From assembly GCA_963663865.1 (NCBI GenBank), contig OY760686.1:96001-160000 (forward strand): a stretch of 64,000 bases of DNA, in the 5' to 3' direction. Below the pieces are notes generated by a model. That model searched no databases. It was given only the letters and a program-made list of their open reading frames with translations, and had not been told where the DNA came from. Each line of letters begins with the position of its first letter. Position 1 is the stretch's first letter. Below are positions 60,980 through 64,000 of this stretch, one piece after another. Made by a program: the position numbers and the translations under genes. The stretch is from Spirochaetota bacterium. GTDB taxonomy: Bacteria > Spirochaetota > UBA4802 > UBA5550.

Positions 60980-61525
60980 ATGAAAATCATAGTCCCGCTT
61001 GCCCCCGGTTTTGAGGAAATTGAGGCAATTACAATAATTGACATCCTGCGACGCGCTGGCATTGAGGTAACAACCGCGTCAACTGGGGACATTTCTGTCA
61101 CCGGCTCCCACAACATAACGGTTAAAGGAGACACAGAGCTAAGCTCTGTCAACAAGTCCGACTTCACAGGCATTGTAATTCCGGGCGGTTTGCCGGGCAG
61201 CACCAACCTGAGGGACGATGAGCGTGTTATTGATCTCGTACGCTATTTCAACTCGGCAGGCAAAACAGTTGCAGCCATCTGTGCGGCCCCCATTGTACTT
61301 GCAAAAGCCGGAATACTGACCGGGAAAAAAGCCTGCTGCTACCCCGGAAATGAGAAAGACCTCACTGGCGCGGATATTTCCATGGACGGGGTCGTGATCG
61401 ACGGCAATATCATCACCTCAAGAGGAATAGGATTCGCGATACCATTCGCTCTGAAAATTGCAGAAATACTCAGAGGTGAGGACACAGCTCAGAGGATATC
61501 AACCGGAATACTATTTCAGGGATAA
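60980..61525 (+). CDS. DJ-1/YajL/ThiJ family protein
   Basis: GFEEIEA..IIDILRRAG, IPGGLPGSTNL, AAICAAP, ITSRG. Confidence 0.92.
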   Translation: MKIIVPLAPGFEEIEAITIIDILRRAGIEVTTASTGDISVTGSHNITVKGDTELSSVNKSDFTGIVIPGGLPGSTNLRDDERVIDLVRYFNSAGKTVAAICAAPIVLAKAGILTGKKACCYPGNEKDLTGADISMDGVVIDGNIITSRGIGFAIPFALKIAEILRGEDTAQRISTGILFQG

Positions 61526-61694
61526 TAAGCCTGCCGGGGCAATTCGCACGAGTAGCTACGGCCTCTAAATCGGAAAGTATGATCCTGGCAATTTACACAA
61601 TCAGAACGCCCGTGATGAGCAATAATAATTGACGCGTTCTGGCCAATGTGAATAAGTTGTAATGCTACTTTTCGATAAACAACGGGGGTTCCGT

Positions 61695-62303
61695 ATGAAA
61701 TACAGCATGGTGAAGCAGTTTTCAAATGCCGCGCTTGACAATATTTTCAGCTTTTTTTTCAAATGGGTTGATTTCGCGAAGGTTCTTTATGAAGCGCTTC
61801 TGGCTTTTTTGGAAATCTGGTATGCCTTTGCCATGATTTTTGTTAACGCCTTCATGTATGTCTACTACCTGTTTTTGTTCATAATTGACCAGGGAGCCGA
61901 CTCCGGTCAGTCCGCAAGGCCCTGGAAGAAGGGTGTCAGAAGAAGTACAGCGGGTCCTAAGATTCATATCCCCAAAGGGCCCAACCCGGTTCCGGCTATT
62001 TACGGCGTGAAGTCAGCCGCTTCAAGCGCCTTATCGACAGCAGCGTCAGCTATACCTTCCGCAAGAGCAGCTTCATCTAAAACACGCGGCAAGCGTCAAA
62101 TCGGGAAGACCATTCTCGAGTTCTTCTCTTCCATCTTTTATGGGATAAAAGCTGTAATCACAAAGCCCTTCATAGCGATAGGGAACTTCTTCACAGGAAA
62201 GCTCAAGCCGGTCAGAGAAAAGGATTCCCACCCTGCAGAACCGGCAAAGAGGAGCCTCATCGACGAATACATCAAGGAATACGAAAAGAAGAGACTGAAA
62301 TAG
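61695..62303 (+). CDS. Hypothetical membrane-associated protein
   Basis: Hydrophobic N-terminal third, Ala/Ser linker, charged C-terminus; followed by terminator. Confidence 0.65.
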   Translation: MKYSMVKQFSNAALDNIFSFFFKWVDFAKVLYEALLAFLEIWYAFAMIFVNAFMYVYYLFLFIIDQGADSGQSARPWKKGVRRSTAGPKIHIPKGPNPVPAIYGVKSAASSALSTAASAIPSARAASSKTRGKRQIGKTILEFFSSIFYGIKAVITKPFIAIGNFFTGKLKPVREKDSHPAEPAKRSLIDEYIKEYEKKRLK

Positions 62304-62327
62304 GCCGGCAAAACCGGCCTGTTTTTT
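62302..62327 (+). terminator. Intrinsic terminator
   Basis: AGGCCGG-CAAAA-CCGGCCT-GTTTTTT. Confidence 0.7.
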
Positions 62328-63612
62328 AATGCCTGAAAGCTCTCTGTCCGGTGAAAACCATTGAAACCTTTGGGTTTGCCTCATTACAGGCCTCAATGGC
62401 CTCGAAGTCCCTTAAAGAGCCGCCGGGCTGCACTATCGCCCTCACACCCTGCCTTATGCACACATCAACCCCATCCCTGAAGGGGAAAAAAGCGTCAGAT
62501 ACGGCACATGATCCTTTAAGTCCGCCTTTTTCGCTCTCTGCAGCCTCATCTATTTCAGCCTTTTCCGCTGACTTCCTGTTGCCGGTTGCGATCTCAAGCT
62601 CAAGCTCTTTGTATGAGATTCCGTATTTATCAAAGCACATAAGATCCCTGAACTTTGTGTATGCCTTGTAGACGGCGATTTCAGCAACGCCTACCCTGTC
62701 CTGCTCACCTGTTCCGATTCCTGCCGTTACACCGTCTTTAACGAAAAGCACTGAATTTGAGGTAACTCCCTGTTCAACAGACCATCCAAACAGCAGATCG
62801 CTGTATTCATCTTCAGTCGGCGTCCTGTCAATGCGGTACGCCTTCCCCCTGTACTCGGTTTCAGCGGGTTTAAGGTCTGTCGCTGTTCTGACAATATTCA
62901 GTGGTGACTGCTGAACAATAATTCCCCCGTCTATCAGAGATTTGAAATCGACAAACCTCGAATCTCTAAACTTTTCCAGCCTGCCCATATCCGATATTTT
63001 TACAATTCTCAAATTCTTCTTTTTCCTGAGGATATCGACTGCTGCCCCGGAATAATCAGGGGCTGCGACTACCTCAAGGTACTGCTGTGCAATAAGTTCT
63101 GCGGTTTCCTCATCGACCGTGCGGTTGAGGGCAACACAGCCACCGAAAGCTGCTATTCTGTCTGCCCTGAAAGCGCGGCTGAACGATTCTGCGGCAGTGC
63201 TGCCGTACGCGGCACCGCTCGGATTATTGTGCTTAACAACTACGGCAGCCGGACTATCAGTCAGGTATTTCAGAATATTAAGAGAATTATCAATATCTGT
63301 GATGTTCGTCTTGCCCGGATGCTTTCCGAACTGCAGCATCATCTCCTCGTTAATTCCGCTCGCCAGCGAGTTGCCAGGTGCAATAAATTCGCAATCTCCC
63401 AGCACAAGATTACCATTTATCAGCTCGTACATAGCCGCTTCCTGCCCTGGGTTTTCGCCGTATCTCAAGCCATTTTCTACAAGACTGTCTCCATCCTGAA
63501 TTCTCCATGTCCTTTTTCTGTAGACAAGGCTCTGCTCTCCAAATGAAATAGTCATCTTGTCAGGGAAATGATCGCTCATCACCGTTTTATATGCCTGTTT
63601 TAAATCCTTCAT
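62326..63612 (-). CDS. purH: AICAR transformylase (PurH-like, lacking the N-terminal MGS/IMPCH domain)
   Basis: LRYGENPGQ, KHNNPSG, AFGG, SNS, SDAFFPFRDG, QPGGSLRD, FTGQRAFRH; ATG 63612 after AGGAG. Confidence 0.8.
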   Translation of the reverse strand: MKDLKQAYKTVMSDHFPDKMTISFGEQSLVYRKRTWRIQDGDSLVENGLRYGENPGQEAAMYELINGNLVLGDCEFIAPGNSLASGINEEMMLQFGKHPGKTNITDIDNSLNILKYLTDSPAAVVVKHNNPSGAAYGSTAAESFSRAFRADRIAAFGGCVALNRTVDEETAELIAQQYLEVVAAPDYSGAAVDILRKKKNLRIVKISDMGRLEKFRDSRFVDFKSLIDGGIIVQQSPLNIVRTATDLKPAETEYRGKAYRIDRTPTEDEYSDLLFGWSVEQGVTSNSVLFVKDGVTAGIGTGEQDRVGVAEIAVYKAYTKFRDLMCFDKYGISYKELELEIATGNRKSAEKAEIDEAAESEKGGLKGSCAVSDAFFPFRDGVDVCIRQGVRAIVQPGGSLRDFEAIEACNEANPKVSMVFTGQRAFRH

Positions 63613-63713
63613 AAGGTACTCCTTCTTTTGTATATTAGCTCGAAAAAACTGTTCCGTCATAATGACGGCATATTCATTGTTCCCGCATAAACGTCCTCGT
63701 TAAAAACGGGAAA

Positions 63714-64000
63714 TTATTCTATAACAAGTGCTCCCTCTTCCAGAATAATATCAAATATATACTCTGAGCGAAGCGTGTTTAAAGGCGTATAGGCGGCCAG
63801 TTGCCCTCTGAATTCAAATACTGATCCTTCCTTTATACCCGTTGCAGAGTCTTCATTGTTCAGAAAGACATAATATCTTAAACCGAGATTGTACTTTTGA
63901 GAAGCTTCATCAACCGCTGTAATTCTGAACTGCTTCCTGTATCTGCCGGCCTTTTCCACCTTAACAACCCGTCCCCTGCCGGAAACCATGCCGTTCATCA
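63714..64000 (-). CDS. Hypothetical protein, 5' end outside the window (OB-fold-like C-terminus)
   Basis: Open frame runs to the window edge. Confidence 0.55.
   Translation of the reverse strand, partial: MNGMVSGRGRVVKVEKAGRYRKQFRITAVDEASQKYNLGLRYYVFLNNEDSATGIKEGSVFEFRGQLAAYTPLNTLRSEYIFDIILEEGALVIE

Noticed and set aside
61530-61600. Possible c-di-GMP-I riboswitch (GCTACGG..CTAA, TATGA fragments)
   Set aside because: The P2 GNRA hairpin and the GGCAAA...GACGCAAA core are missing; only an Infernal hit would rescue it

Overview
Core-chromosome window from a spirochaete related to Leptospira. This assignment is an inference from two FlaB-type flagellins ([11 protein letters not shown]...), LipL21-like and OmpL37-like envelope proteins and 5S rRNA genes unlinked from 16S/23S. 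About 55 CDSs cover housekeeping (uvrB, nadC, purN, pyrE, purH-like, aconitase, cyclophilin), signalling (MCP, PAS hybrid kinase, GAF-PP2C, GAF-GGDEF, Crp-like, RelA/SpoT-TPR) and envelope functions. There is one IS30-family element (22732-23817, 4-bp CTAA target duplication, frameshifted transposase) and a tandem pair of orphan 5S rRNA genes. The most striking feature is a 1870-aa outer-membrane protein (25109-30721) whose motif order follows SprA/Sov, the type IX secretion translocon, although T9SS is regarded as restricted to Bacteroidota/FCB. It is the best candidate here for an undescribed secretion or translocation system. Other notable items are an ATP-grasp/FMN alpha-hydroxy-acid dehydrogenase fusion, three LipL21-like paralogs around the 5S locus, CsrA-type GGA hairpins and sigma28-like promoters at the flagellins, and a zinc-ribbon/acidic-repeat/DUF4389 protein. 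No CRISPR array, tRNA or prophage was seen. All family calls are by eye, from recalled motifs, not from database searches.
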